64,000 nucleotides of DNA from Amoebophrya sp. A120 (taxonomy: Eukaryota > Protista > Dinoflagellata), in contig CAJINV010000001.1 in the NCBI GenBank assembly GCA_905178155.1, forward strand, positions 13,780,664 to 13,844,663. Reading direction: 5' to 3'. Each line of letters starts with the position of its first letter. The stretch's first letter is position 1. A model generated the notes under the pieces. The model saw nothing but the letters and a program-made list of their open reading frames with translations, made no database searches and was not told the DNA's origin. The translations under genes and the position numbers were made by a program. Below are positions 10,482-23,400 of this stretch, one piece after another.

Positions 10482-13356
10482 ATGAGTGCGATCGGTGACT
10501 CTTGGGCGCTCGGCTATGGCATCCGGGACAAAGACGCGTCCGCGGTCTTGCAAGCAGCCACGGCGCAGCGGCTGCTCGATAATGGATATGCGGATCACAG
10601 CACGACCGCTGGGCAGAACGACCAGCAGCAGCTCTCCTATGTGTGCAACGCTCCGGTTGCCGCGTTTTACGACTTGGATCTCCTGGACCTGCATTTTCAA
10701 AACCTGATCAAGCTGTTCGGACCAACTTTCGTACACTGCATGGCCATCAAGTCTTGTCCCTTTTCCCGAATTCTGCAGCACGTGCACGCCGCCCACGGAT
10801 TTGGCTTTGAGTGCGCATCTCTAGGCGAGGTGTGGAACGCGAAAAATGTGATTGCCGAGGTGCAGAAAAATTGTGGTGTCATTGGCGGGATAAAACCCTT
10901 TTGTTCCCATTCTGCTCCGTCTGGTAGTGTCAAGCCTCTTGTTGAGAAGAAAGTAATATCAACGGAAACCGCCCGGAGTTCTTCGCAGAAACAGAACTTC
11001 ATCGTGTTCGACAGTCCGTGCAAGACGGAGCGGGAACTGCACTTCGCACTGGAGCACGGGATTTACATCAATATGGACAATTTTGCGGAGTACGAGCGCA
11101 TGAAGGGCATTGTGGCGAAGAGAGAAGCGGAAGCGAAGCTTATCTCTGCACCAATCGGACTGCGCGTCAATCCGCTCGTGGGCGCTGGTGAGATCAAGGC
11201 ACTGAGTGTGTCCACCCCCGATAGTAAGTTTGGCATCCCAATCACGGAAAAAGACGAGCTGCTCCGCGCTTACCAAGAATCCCCCTGGATGAACTCGCTG
11301 CACGTGCACGTTGGCAGCGGAAAGATGGGCTTGCACGTTCTCTCCGCCGGGATAAGAGTGGTGGTCGATTTGGCCAAGGAGATAAATGCCCGGGCTGGAA
11401 AAAAGCAAATCCAATACCTGGATATTGGGGGCGGCATGCCGGCCAACTACTTGTCCGACCGGATTCACCACGGTTCTTACAACGGCGACGAGCCGCTCTT
11501 GATAGAACACAGTGAAGACGAGGACGGCCGCGGGCAGGAGCATCCAGACGAGACTACATCAGAAGCTCAAAAGGACCCTCAAATAAATAGATTCTGGTCT
11601 TTCGAGGACTACGCGAGCGAGCTGCGCAGCAAAGTGCCAGAGCTTTTTAACAGCGAATTCCCTTGCGTCGTCACTGAGTTCGGCCAAAGTTTGACGGCAA
11701 AGCTGGGTTTTCTTGCGAGCCGCATTGAGTATCTGAAAAAGCCCGGAAACATCGCTATCCTGCATTTCGGCGCCGACTGTTGTCCCAGGCAGTGCTACAC
11801 GACCGCGCACACACGCCGGCTTGCGGTGTTCACATCGGATGGGAAAGAATTCAGCGCAACGAGGACTGGAACATCAAACACAAAGTCTAAGTTTTCCTTC
11901 GCCGGGCCACTTTGCTTTCAGGGGGACTTTCTTGCCAAAGACGAAGAGTTTCCCGCGGAGTTGCAGGTGGGCGATTTGTATCAAATGTAAAAATGTCTGG
12001 CGGGTCTGGAAGATTCTGAGACTTGTGATGCACGTTTTGCATGACCCATGATGTCTGTGATGCATGCCCTAGCATCACAGATGTTTTGAGGGCATCTTTA
12101 TGCCTATTCCTATGCCTATCTCACCTCCAGGGGGGGCGCGCGGACCTCGCTTGCCATCTCGTTTGGTTTGTGAAAGTTCCAGCCTCTCATGATGACGCGT
12201 AAAAAATCCATTTTACAGCTACCGCTTCGCTTTGCAAACACCGCATTCGAGGTAGTGCTGACCTGTTTTGTACCGTAATACGCAATTGTCTGACATTTCA
12301 AAAAAACAAAATTATTTCATCTTCTCGTCGCCATCATAAGTACCTTGAGGTGCCGCACACCTCTATCTCTAGTTTCTTGTTGATTACTTCTCGCTCGTTC
12401 GGTCGCGCATGTGCGGTGCAGCCCGCTCAGAGTTTTTTGTTTTTCATGCGACTCTGCAGCCCTCACGCATAAATTTTTGCATGTTTCAAGTCCTTGGACT
12501 TTTATGGGCTCACGCACATCCGAGATCGGGGGGGTGGGAGGGGGTCCTCAAGCCAGAAAAAAACCTCTCCAAGTGAAAGTAGGGGAGTTCAAGGTGCCTA
12601 TTCCGCATGACAAATGCCCTCTCCGCGTAGCAAAAATCGCATTGCCCTTGCTGCTCATGCAATACAGATTTTTTTGGAATCCAAAGGCAGCATCACAAGT
12701 TGCATTCTTCCAGACCCAGACATTTTTACATTTGATAATTTGGTGGTGCTTAAAGACACGGGCGCGAACAGCATCAGCCTCTTTTCTCGACATTGTTCCC
12801 GATTGTGTCCTATCAAATGTAAAAAAGTCTGGGTCTGGAAACTTGTGATGCTGGGTGGCGTCTCATGATGAGGCTACAGATGCTGGCTCAGCATGACAAG
12901 TTTCTGAGTTCCTAGGTGTTGCCTATTCTGCATGACAAACTGCGCTTCTGCATCACAGAAAAACGGAGCTCTTGGGTAACGTGCATGACAGATTTAAGAG
13001 TCATGCCAGACAAGCATGACAAACATGAATTCTTCCAGACCCAGACATTTTTACATTTGATATGTCCACCGGTGATCGGATTTCGTAGGCCAGATGAGAC
13101 CTCTCCGGACGTCGTTAAGTTCTACGAAATCAAGCCCAGAGAGCGGCTGGACGAATTGTGCGCGTTCTGGGGCGGGAGTAGCGGTACAACTGTCATGGGT
13201 GGTGGTGGTGACCAGTCGACGGCAATAAACAGAGCGAGTGGAAGACGAGATAGTTACCTGATAACCCCCACAGAAGAACCGTGTTGTACTTGCTCTTGCT
13301 TCGACTTCGTGCCTCGTTGGCTCCTCAAAGCCGGAATTAAGCTCTCGAGCGTTTAA
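10482..13356 (+). CDS. Group IV PLP-dependent decarboxylase (diaminopimelate/ornithine decarboxylase family), interrupted by two TIR elements
   Basis: Motifs AIKSCP (PLP lysine), FECASLGE, HVHVGS, LDIGGG, EFGQSL and FAGPLCFQGD. After removing 11979-12742 and 12811-13067 the frame reads VGDLVVLKDTGANSISLFSRHCSRLCPPVIGFR to the stop at 13356. Confidence 0.85.
11979..12737. mobile_element. TIR element / non-canonical intron E1 (family A), 759 bp, TSD ATTTG
   Basis: Left end TATCAAATGTAAAAATGTCTGG..GGTCTGGAAGA, right end TTCTTCCAGACCCAGACATTTTTACATTTGATA; ATTTG at 11974-11978 and 12738-12742. Confidence 0.92.
12111..12594. mobile_element. Nested ~484-bp insertion inside E1, flanked by 10-bp direct repeat TGCCTATTCC
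   Basis: TGCCTATTCC at 12101-12110 and 12595-12604. Removing the insert and one repeat leaves 265 bp, close to siblings E2 (252 bp) and E7 (263 bp). Confidence 0.65.
12811..13062. mobile_element. TIR element / non-canonical intron E2 (family A), 252 bp, TSD TGTCC
   Basis: TATCAAATGTAAAAAAGTCTGGGTCTGGAA ... TTCCAGACCCAGACATTTTTACATTTGATA; TGTCC at 12806-12810 and 13063-13067. Confidence 0.93.
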
Positions 13357-14434
13357 GAAGAAGTAGATAAGTACTTATGTGGTTATGTATTGCGAACCGA
13401 GAACAGTGATGGCACTCACGTCAGCAGGACGGAATTCGTTGTGCTATCGGAAGCTCCTGCGGCAAACAGACACCTGACTTGCTTTGCGTATACTGCAAGA
13501 AGTGTTCGCCGTCTTGTCTGTCCCACGAGAAGAACGCGACAGGCGTAAATCGTTGTAGCTATGTAAGTATTTCACTCCAATAAAGGCAACATTGCGTGGC
13601 GTCTTTGTCTGTCGTCTAGTTTCTCGTCAGTAAGCGCTTGGCAACCTTCTCCCTCGTTTCAATCTACTTACCGCCCTTGATTGTACTTTTCTCTGTGCGT
13701 GCACGTGTCCCCAAAAGTCTGTCTTAGTCGTTGCGAGCGCAGTGCCTGGTAAGTTGCATCTCCTACTTTTTCCTATGTGCGGCCCACATCTTCAAACGAG
13801 TTCCAGTGATGAGCTGCATCTGTGGTCCCAATCGAGTAGTCTGAGATGCGTTAGACACCACAGCCAATGCCATGTCATTATTGTGACTTCTCTATCCCAT
13901 TCCCTTGTCGAGTTTGAAATTTATATTATATTTAAGTGTAACCTAGAGAAAAACTAACTGTATACCCCCCACGCAGGAGCTTTTCGTCTCATTCCAAATG
14001 ATTTTGACTACAGAATGTTGCTAGACCACGGAGTTCTCTTCAATTTATGTGTCTGGTTTGTAGTTGTAGGTAAAAGTGCATCCATCCGCGATATCGTTGT
14101 GGATGAGAAAAGCAAAGGAGAGTTTTTGAATGAATAGTTTACTTAAGATCATTGTGATCATGGATCATCTCCCTGTCGTGTAAGTCGACTCTACTTCGTG
14201 TGAAAAAAGTTGGCTTCTTTTGTTGATTTTGTGTGAGCTTTTTATATTTTGCTACAAGCGGGGGCCAACGCTCTCGTACTACGTAATTTTGCGGCGCCGG
14301 CTTTTCGTCTTGCTTGTCGTCGGTGCCGACTTAGAAAAAGGACGGAGAATCCAGCGCTTCGGGCGTGTGCTGTTTTGTGCTACTTGGAAAGAGTTTTTTA
14401 AAAGGAAGGCGAGGATCAATTTTGGAGCCATATC

Positions 14435-17400
14435 ATGTACAGCAATCAGGATGCAGCTTCGTCGCCCGGAAAAACAGACTCCGCGTCGGGCGGACGTCGA
14501 CGAGAGAACAAGGGAAAGGGTCGGAAAGGTAAGATCAATACCAGTGCAGCAGTATGTTGTGAATGTTCGACTTTGAGCAGGGCATTGAAGAAAGTCACAG
14601 CTGCTCGAAGAATCTCTTTCTTTGGCACAAAACGTAAAACTTTTGCAACATCATGTGTAAAACTTACTTTCAACTACATTCGCAGGTAAAGGCAAAGAAG
14701 GTGGTCAACAGCAGGGAGCCCCTGCTTCTACCACCGGTGCTGCAGCTGCATCCACTAGCTCTTCACAATCTTCTGCTGCGCCGAAGGATCAGCAAAGCAA
14801 GAAGAACAGCCAAAGCGAGGACCATTCCTCGACCAAGGCCTGGGAGAACAACACTAGCAATGTGATTTACCGCAAGAAGCAAGTTCCGACGAGCGGCGGA
14901 GCCACAACTAGTGCAGCCAGCACTGGAACAAGCAACAAAGAGTCTACTTCAGCTGCGACGGCGAACTCCGCATCGCACAAGAAGAAAGACGAGCACGTCG
15001 GCAGTGGTACAAATAGTAGCTCGTCGAGCGCCAATGCTAGTAGCCATTCGTCCTCCTACCAGGAGGCGGCCACGAAGGCAGATCGCAGCAATAACGCTGC
15101 GGCTTCGACACCGCAAACGAGCAGCAGCTCGTCTAGTTCGTCCTCCAGTGCGGTCAACAGCCACCTGGAGGACAGCTCGAAGAAAGCGAAGAGGCGCAAC
15201 CGAGGGGGTGGTGGAGGTGGGGAAAAGGATGGTAGCCACCAGAGCGGTGCTCAACAAAAGCAGGAGAGTAATAGCAGCTATAAACAGGACAAGGACCACT
15301 ACAATGCGACGACGTACAAGGAAAAGGACAGCAGTGGCTACAGTAGCAAACAGGAGAAGCTGCAAGAATCTTCAGGTGCCTCGTACAGGGACCGGGAGAA
15401 GGAATACCGGAAAAAGGACGAACACTACTACAGCAACACGAAAACACCAACGTCGACGCAGTCTGGCGGGGCGGGAAATAGCAACCGAGCAGGTAACAAT
15501 CAGACCTCGTCTCACTGCTATTGCCATTTATGGAAGTGCGATTAATTTGAATTGTGTTTGGGATGCGATTGTCATTGTGGGTCTGCCTGCTGCAAAACTA
15601 AAATTTCTATAATCATCTGCGAGCGTATCGAGAACAAGTCATGAAATCAGCTCGAACTCACAACGTTAATATCAGACGCAAGCGACAGCTACCGCGACAA
15701 GCGAGATGACGCTTCGTCGAGCAAAAACGCCGGCAGCAACACGGGTCGGAAGAAAAAATCAAGTTATCGAGAAAAATATGAGAAGGATTACTCATCTTCA
15801 AAGGAGTATCGGGAGAGCAGCAAGGGCTATGGAAGCAGCCGAACCGGGGAAGTGAATCTCCGGGTAGAGCTTTGCTGCTTCACGCCATCACTGTATGAAA
15901 TATCATATCTTCTGCATGATGTTGTTTTGACCATCTTACAGTTGTGATAAAAGCTACAGCTGCGGCTGCCATACTTGCTTTCGGCCTCCAGCCGAGAGCC
16001 TGACCATGTAGCGAAGTTGTCACTTTCCGTACGACGCTTATCACTCCCCAGGACCCGGACTACGGCTATCACGTCAGCGGGCGCCGCCGGTCCTCGCGAT
16101 CCGGCGCTGCGACGCCGAGCGAGGTCGGCGACCATCCGGTGTCATCGAGCAAAAACTACACCACCGAAGAACCTTACCACCAGAATGGGCGACCTACTTC
16201 CACCTCCAGCTACAGAGAGCGCGGCGCAACTGGCGGTGTCCCAGCGCCGTCCTCCACCGTCACGGGCGCAAGCAGTTCCGCGTCGTCCTCCTCGAATGCG
16301 GGCGAGATGAACGAAGGTACGGGCAACGGGGCGACTTCCTACTCTGGGGAGGATGACGACGGAGCCGGTCGCTACACGAGCAACAGCCACGCTGGCGGCA
16401 ACAACAGGGGCGGGGAACAGGACCACCAATATCATGGTGACCACCAGCAGGGGGCTTCAACACGTGGGGGCGGATCATCTTCTGGGGCTACAGCCACGAC
16501 CTCCAAAGCGACGTACAAGAGTTTTGTCGACCAGAGTAAACAGCAAGACCAAGGCTACTACAAGAACAGCAACAAGAACTTCAATGGATCGGGAGAACAC
16601 CACCAGCTGCAAGAGGATCACTACAGCAAAAGCGGAAACAAGAATTTCCTGCCCTCCCCAACGGAGAGTTCGGGGAGCAGCGCTTTCAAAGGATCAAACT
16701 CCGGAAGCAGTTATCCAGGAAAAAAACTGTGTGAGTGTAACTTTGTAGGAAGAACAGCATCACAAATTCGTTTTGCATTACAGGGAAAACCTGTCATGCG
16801 CAGCTAGTACGTGGAAACACATATGATAGTAGCCTATGACGCAATTCCAGCATGATGAGTGTAACTGTTTTGCATTTTCTGCATCACAGATTTACACTTA
16901 CGCAGTTTTTTTCTTGCATAGCAGTTCCGTGTGGACGAATAAGAATCACGGTGGATCGTCTGCGGCAAGCGAAATAGACAGCGACTACCATAGAAGCACT
17001 TACGACGATGGCGCGGGCTCCGGAATACAGACAAACGATGGTGGTTCTTACAGCGGGTTTAATAATCACGGTGGTGGTAGCAACAACAATTACGGCAACG
17101 GACCTATCAATCTAAACAACGGGACGACCTCGGGCAGCCAACATTTCAACGGCACCACCAGTCTCGATCTCCCGTATCAGCAGAACCAAAACAGCGGGAG
17201 ACCGCCCAGAGGCCCCATGGACAGAAAGCCCAGTAACGGCGGGAACGGAAATAACAACTACGGAAGCGGCTACAACTACGATAACGGGCGGGGGATGGGA
17301 AAAGGTATAAACTGACTATTTGCAGAACTTCAACTTGCCTCTAGCTCCACTGTGGGGTTATTGATGTTATTGATGACTAACAGACACGAGGGTCGGGGCA

Positions 17401-20400
17401 GTGAAAATTCTGTCACTTCGTCTCAAGTAGGAGTGAAACTCATTCCCATATCTTCACAGATGATATGGGCCCAGGCGGACCTGGCGTTGTCATCACCAGT
17501 CCGGTGCCACCACCTGCAGTGTTTCCAAACACGGGCTACGGTAACGTTACAGATTCGTCGTGTAATGTTTCCTATACGCTTCATTACTTTTACTTTTTCT
17601 CTGACTCGCATCGTAAAATAGAAAATAAATCGTGTCTCCCTCGTTTCCTGAAATTTACCACTGTACTCTCGCATGGCTGCAACGACATCGCAGGCCCCAA
17701 TGCTAGACACTACGACGACACGCCAAAGTCCGTTTCGTCGAAGGGAACCGGTGTGGCCCCAAACAACAACAAGGGGCGGGGGAAGTACAACAACAGTCAG
17801 CAGCAGATGGACACATCACTGCAAAACCAGAAGGACCAGGGAATCATGTACAACAGTGGAAATAGCAAGGAGATGTACAACAACAATCGTTCCTACAACA
17901 ACATGAACGCCTCGAATAATTACGGCGGCTACTACGACAACGACTCTTCCTTCTACGACGACCGTGATAGTTATGGTGGCTCGACGTTCTACAACACTGG
18001 CAAAGGCGGAGGAGGTGGTGGTGGGCCAGGTGGCAACAACAACTGGGACCAGCAATTTGGGGGTGGTGGGGGCGGGAACAATAACGTGAAAGGCGGCAAG
18101 CGCGGCGATCGCGGCGGCAAAGCGGGACCTGGCATGAAAGGGGGGATGAACATGATGGGCAGCGGCCCCGGGGAGTGGCGGGAAAACCGAGGAAACAGTT
18201 ACGAAGCAGCAACGCGGGAAAATATGGTCCTTTCTTGTTCGGCTTTTTTTCTAAAATAACAGGCTTAAGACTCGATGTTTACCTTTGTATACGAATTATG
18301 ATTGAACGGTTGAATTGATTGCTATACCAAACTATTCATCAGCATCGTACTGCAATCGGGAGATCATAAATCGCTCTTCCATTCTTGTCCGGTAGTTGTT
18401 TACCGAAGTCACATAAGAATTTCCGGGTACACGACTAACACGACAGGCGCACAGATTTCCGGCGTACCAGGAATCTGTGAGTGGTCCGGTGGTGGAGACC
18501 TTCCGGCGCGTGCACCAGGATACGGAGTGTTACGACGACGACGGCGTCGCGTCCGAGGCCTATACCGGTCCCCTCGGCGGGCGGAGCTACATCCGCACCA
18601 TGGTGTATGCGTTCTACCGCGAGGCGTCGCTCCAATTGTCCGAGCTGCACGAGCAGCAGACGGGGCAGTTTCGCGGATCGTCTTCCTCCTCCGCCTCGTC
18701 TTCCTCCAAACAGGCCGCCGCGCGGTCGAGCTCCGGCTTCGACTTTGACCTCGACCCGCAATTGGTAATGGAACACCCGAAAACGGGGATCAACATGAAC
18801 AACGCGGCCTGGGCGACCGCCGTTCCGCTGTACAGCAGCGAGCCGGAGAAGATCACGGCCAAGGAGCTGGTGCTGGTCACGAACGTGATGGCGAAACTGC
18901 GCGTCACCAGCGACGTGTCGAAGCGCGTGGACAGCGCGGGCATGTACCGCAGCCAGATGACGACAGAGGATGTGGAGGCCTTGAAACTGCACCGGAACCT
19001 GTTCGACCTGTCCCTGGAGTGCGTGGAAAAGAGGCTGCTCCCCTTGGGGCTGGAAGGCATCCAGCCGGCAAGCCTGGAAAAGTACATGGAGACCGACCGG
19101 TGGGGGTTGCTTCGTGGAGCGGGGGGCGGCGGGGGCGATCGACAAGCCGACGCAATGGACATCGGGCTGCTGAAGGAGGAAATCGCCAACGCCGTAGCAG
19201 CAGCGCAACAGGCGGGTGTGGTGGTCCCGGAGGACAACGGTGGGGCTGCGACGGTTGGCACCGAGCTGGATTCTACTGAAAATGCTGCTCCTGCTGATAA
19301 GAACAAAGAAGGAAGAAGTTCGGAGCCGGACGAATCACGGCAGGAAATAAAACCAAGCAAGCAGAAAACACAGCAGAATCAGGGTGATGCCACTGACGAC
19401 AGTTTTGCGACGGCGAAGCACAAAAAAAGTCACGACGCGGCTGCAAACGACAGTGATGAAGCTGCTGGACGAGACGAAGTCGCTGGCGCGGATGAAGCGT
19501 TCGACTCGACAGGTGAAACTGCCGAAGACAGTGTCACGTCTTCGTCGGAACACGACAAACAGAACAAGAAGCCATCGCCGGCGTCCGCGACCGTGGTTTC
19601 AGCCAGAAAAGGAAGAAACCCAGAGCGTGAAATGGATGAAGCGGAGCTGCAGCAGATGAAACTTTTGGGACCGAATGAACAAGCTGGCGGTAGTAGTTCG
19701 AGTAGAAGTCCAAGGCAAGGCAGCAAGAAAAGTCCGGACAGTGCTGTTTCGCCATCACCGAACGAAAGACGGCTATCCAAAGGAAGCGGTGAAAAAACAA
19801 AGTCAAAGAATCTCGGGCAAGAATTACGTCAAGCGGAACTTCTACAGAAAAAGAGCAGCAAAGAAGGAGCGTCGAAGCGGCCGAGTAAAGTAGAGAACGA
19901 AGTAGTACACGCAGCACATGCTAGTACGCAAGGTAGGAACAACATCAAGAGCCGTAGCAACAGCAAAGACCGAGACGATTCGCCGGACGAAGATTTTCCG
20001 CGAGTGGGGGACGCAGCGTGCTGCCATGTCGACGGTGGTAACAAGGATGGTTCCTCGCTGTTGAATGGTCCGGCGAGTTTTTTCAACTCCATCACGTCGC
20101 TATTCAGCAGCAAGCGCACCTCAAAGAGCCCCGACGAGGAGGAGGACGCAAGCAGTCGCAATCTTCCGGACGATGTAGATAGCGAGGTGGAGGACAAAAA
20201 CGACGACTATGCCAGTCCCGAGCGAAGCAGTTCCGAGAGGCCGAGCAGGCCCAGCGAGCGCAAAGGGAAGCTCTCACCGGCGGAGGAAAGGTCAAAGACC
20301 GGCCTAGTGGCGGAAAATCTACCGCCAGACGAGGGTAGTCGAGGAGCGTCTTCCCCTTCCAGACCAGCGAAAGCGGGTAGAACGCCACCCAAGAACGTCA

Positions 20401-23400
20401 AGGCCGACAAGAATGAGGTTTCCGACTCGGGCAAGGCGAGCGATACACCCGAAAGTGCCGCGAGACCGGGAGGGAAGAAGAAGCAAAGGAGCCCGGGGGA
20501 TATAGCAAAGGAACAACTGGTACTGGACAGTCCTAGTGACAAACGACCAGCTGCAGAAGCAGCCGAAAGTAAAACAGCGCCAGGACCACAGACGGACGGA
20601 GACAACCCAGAAACGCAAGCGGTCAATAAGGTTTTTGAAAAGGTTCTCGCCTCTCTCCCGCCTGAGCAGCGCGAGGACAGGGACGCGTTGGCCCAGGTAC
20701 TTCCTTACCGTGACTGAGCATTTTTCGTAAGCGAAATGCTCCGCATATCGCGACCTGTGGTGCCTCAATACTGTTTGCATGGATATGGATAGAAGTCCGT
20801 TATTTAGCTGTAGGTCTAGATAGCAGTGCTGTCAATTTTCAGTACCACATGAAGACGATCCCAACCTTCACGTTGCAGGCGATTCAGAATCTGCTGCTTG
20901 AAGGCGATGTGACAGACGCATTGACGATACTCGCGAAGCAAATAGCGGCCAGACAAGAAGCTCATCCGCAGCCTAAAGAGCAGAAGATCAGCTCTTTGCT
21001 GGACTACGTGCCGGCACAGCACCTGATTCCCTTTCTGTACAGTATGATTCACGTCGCGGGCTACCACAGCAACCTTTCCGTCGACCGCGAGCTCTACGCG
21101 CGCGTGGCTACTCTGTCCGACACCTTGTTTTCCCTCCTGGAAAAGCGAGCGGAGAGCTGTCTGAAGGCTGGTCCGTCTTCACCTGCAGCCACTTCTGGGA
21201 AAGGCAGTTCGTCCTCAAGTTCCTCAACCGCGCTAGCGGTTGTAGTTGTAGACGGAGGAGGAGCACCACGACCACTTCCTGGAGACAAATCTCTGTGGTT
21301 CGATCCCCAGAAGCTGCACGAACACGGGTTCACGAAACTACACGTGAGCAACTTCTGCAACCTGTTGTGGGGTCTGGCGAAAGTGAACATGCTGCATCGG
21401 TTTCCGTATCTGGTGCAACTAGCGGTAAACGCGGTGATGGAGTCTATGCCGGTTCTGAAAGCGCACAACCTCGCCAGTCTCATGTGGGCCTTCGCGGCCA
21501 GCGGCGTCTATGACGAAGCGCTGTTCTACGCCATCACCGGAAGAGGTACTTACACTGCCTTTAGTTTTACACTTCTGTTTCTGGGTTTTGCTTGTACGCT
21601 CATTTTGCGAAGGGCATGATCTGCAACGGGGCTTCTAAAAATCAACTGATCACAAAGCCGCCGAAATTGCGGACACTTTTACACCCCAACTGCTGCAAAC
21701 GATCCTCTGGGGCTGTGCGGCTGCGAACTTCGTACCGGAAGACGAGGCGAACCATTTTGTGGAGAAGATGATCCGGCGCGTCCACATCGTGCTCGACTAT
21801 TTCTACTGTTGCGACCTGCCCAACCTCGGGTGGTCCTTGGCGAAACTGGACGCTGATTGCCTGCGCGACCTCTTCCCCACCTACCATGCAAAGGTCTACG
21901 AGATCTACTCGCTAGACGACTGCGCCGCCGTGGCTTTGGCGTACTAGTATGCTTCCTTTTGATGTAGTTCGACCGCAGGTGTCGCAGTTTTCATTCAGAA
22001 CTCCTAACGAGCAGCAGCGTCGTCCCTTTTGATGTGTTCGATTCTGCATTGTTTTTGTGCACCAGCACGAAGTAGAGAGTAGAACCTTTTGAAAATCCTT
22101 ATCCTCCAGGTTTGCCAAGGCAGGACTGCTCTTACAGCAGGGGTTGTGGCGCAAGATAAGCGAAGCTTCCCTGAACTTGATGAGTTTGTCGGAGGGAGGA
22201 GGCAGAACCGTAAAGCAGGCAAACGAGGTGGCGATTGTGGTCTACGCTTTTGCGCACGCCAATGTTCTCGATCGCACGCTTTTCAACACTGCCTGCAAAC
22301 GCGCGATCGAACAGAAGATTAGGTATACCAAATTTTTCTACTTCGCTGGCGGTCGGACGCGGAACCCACTTCGCTTCTCTCGATTATTTGTAAAACATAC
22401 TTATCCGGTTCCGGTTCCGGCACCGGGTTTTTGTTCTACTCCTAGCTGTCTGACGAGAGCATTTTTGCGGACCTTGATTGGTCAAACATGGATGAAAGGA
22501 CGAACGATCCTCAAGCTTCATCTGCCTATGAACATATGATCAGGTTTGACGCGATCGCCGGGGTGCGGATGCTGTATGCCCTTGCGAAGGTGCACGCGAC
22601 GCATTTGCCTTTTCTGAAGTACATTTTGCCGATCATCAAGCAAGCTCTCGAACTCGCGCCCGACCACCAAGCAGCCACCAGGGATTCCCCGCAGCCGTTG
22701 CGAACCAACGAGCTGTGCAAACTGACGTACGCGTGCTGCGGGTTGGGCATCAGCCGACTGAACCATTTGCTTTACCGCGTTCTAATGAAGCGCGTCGGGT
22801 CGGTCGCCTGGAATCACCTCGGCTTTCTCATACAGTCGTGTCACGGCCTCGGCATTCTAACGGATGCACTCGCGGCTCAGGTACAACTCGCGACCTGTTG
22901 TTGCATAGTAAGTACTGCTACGTGTTACCCGCTTTCGATGTTCCGTGATCCATAGCTTTGGAAGTATGTGTGCTAGTTGCCAATATTGCAAGTCTGGAAG
23001 TGATCTCTCCCGTTGATAGATTGCCGCAAGAACATGAACAAGCAGAAGGAGAAGATACATAGAGATGCAGATGGTTCTTGATTTCTCATAAACATACCCT
23101 TGCTTCAGTTCGTCCCCTTGTGCCTGAAGCACAGAAGGCAGATGACGGCCACCATGCGCGGGCGCGCGGTCGATTCATTGTACACCTGTAGCGCGCTGTA
23201 TTTCAACGAGGACTGGAAATTTTTCCACAAGCTGCACTTGCAGGATGTGGAGGAAACTTTTCTCCCGCACATCCTCTCGAGGAGAAAAGGACCCATCCTG
23301 AACTACGCCGAGCCGGGTACAACAGCTACAACGGCATCTGCATTCCCAGCTTCCCACTCATCAGACTCTGACTCGCACGCGGATGACGCTCGAAGTTGTG

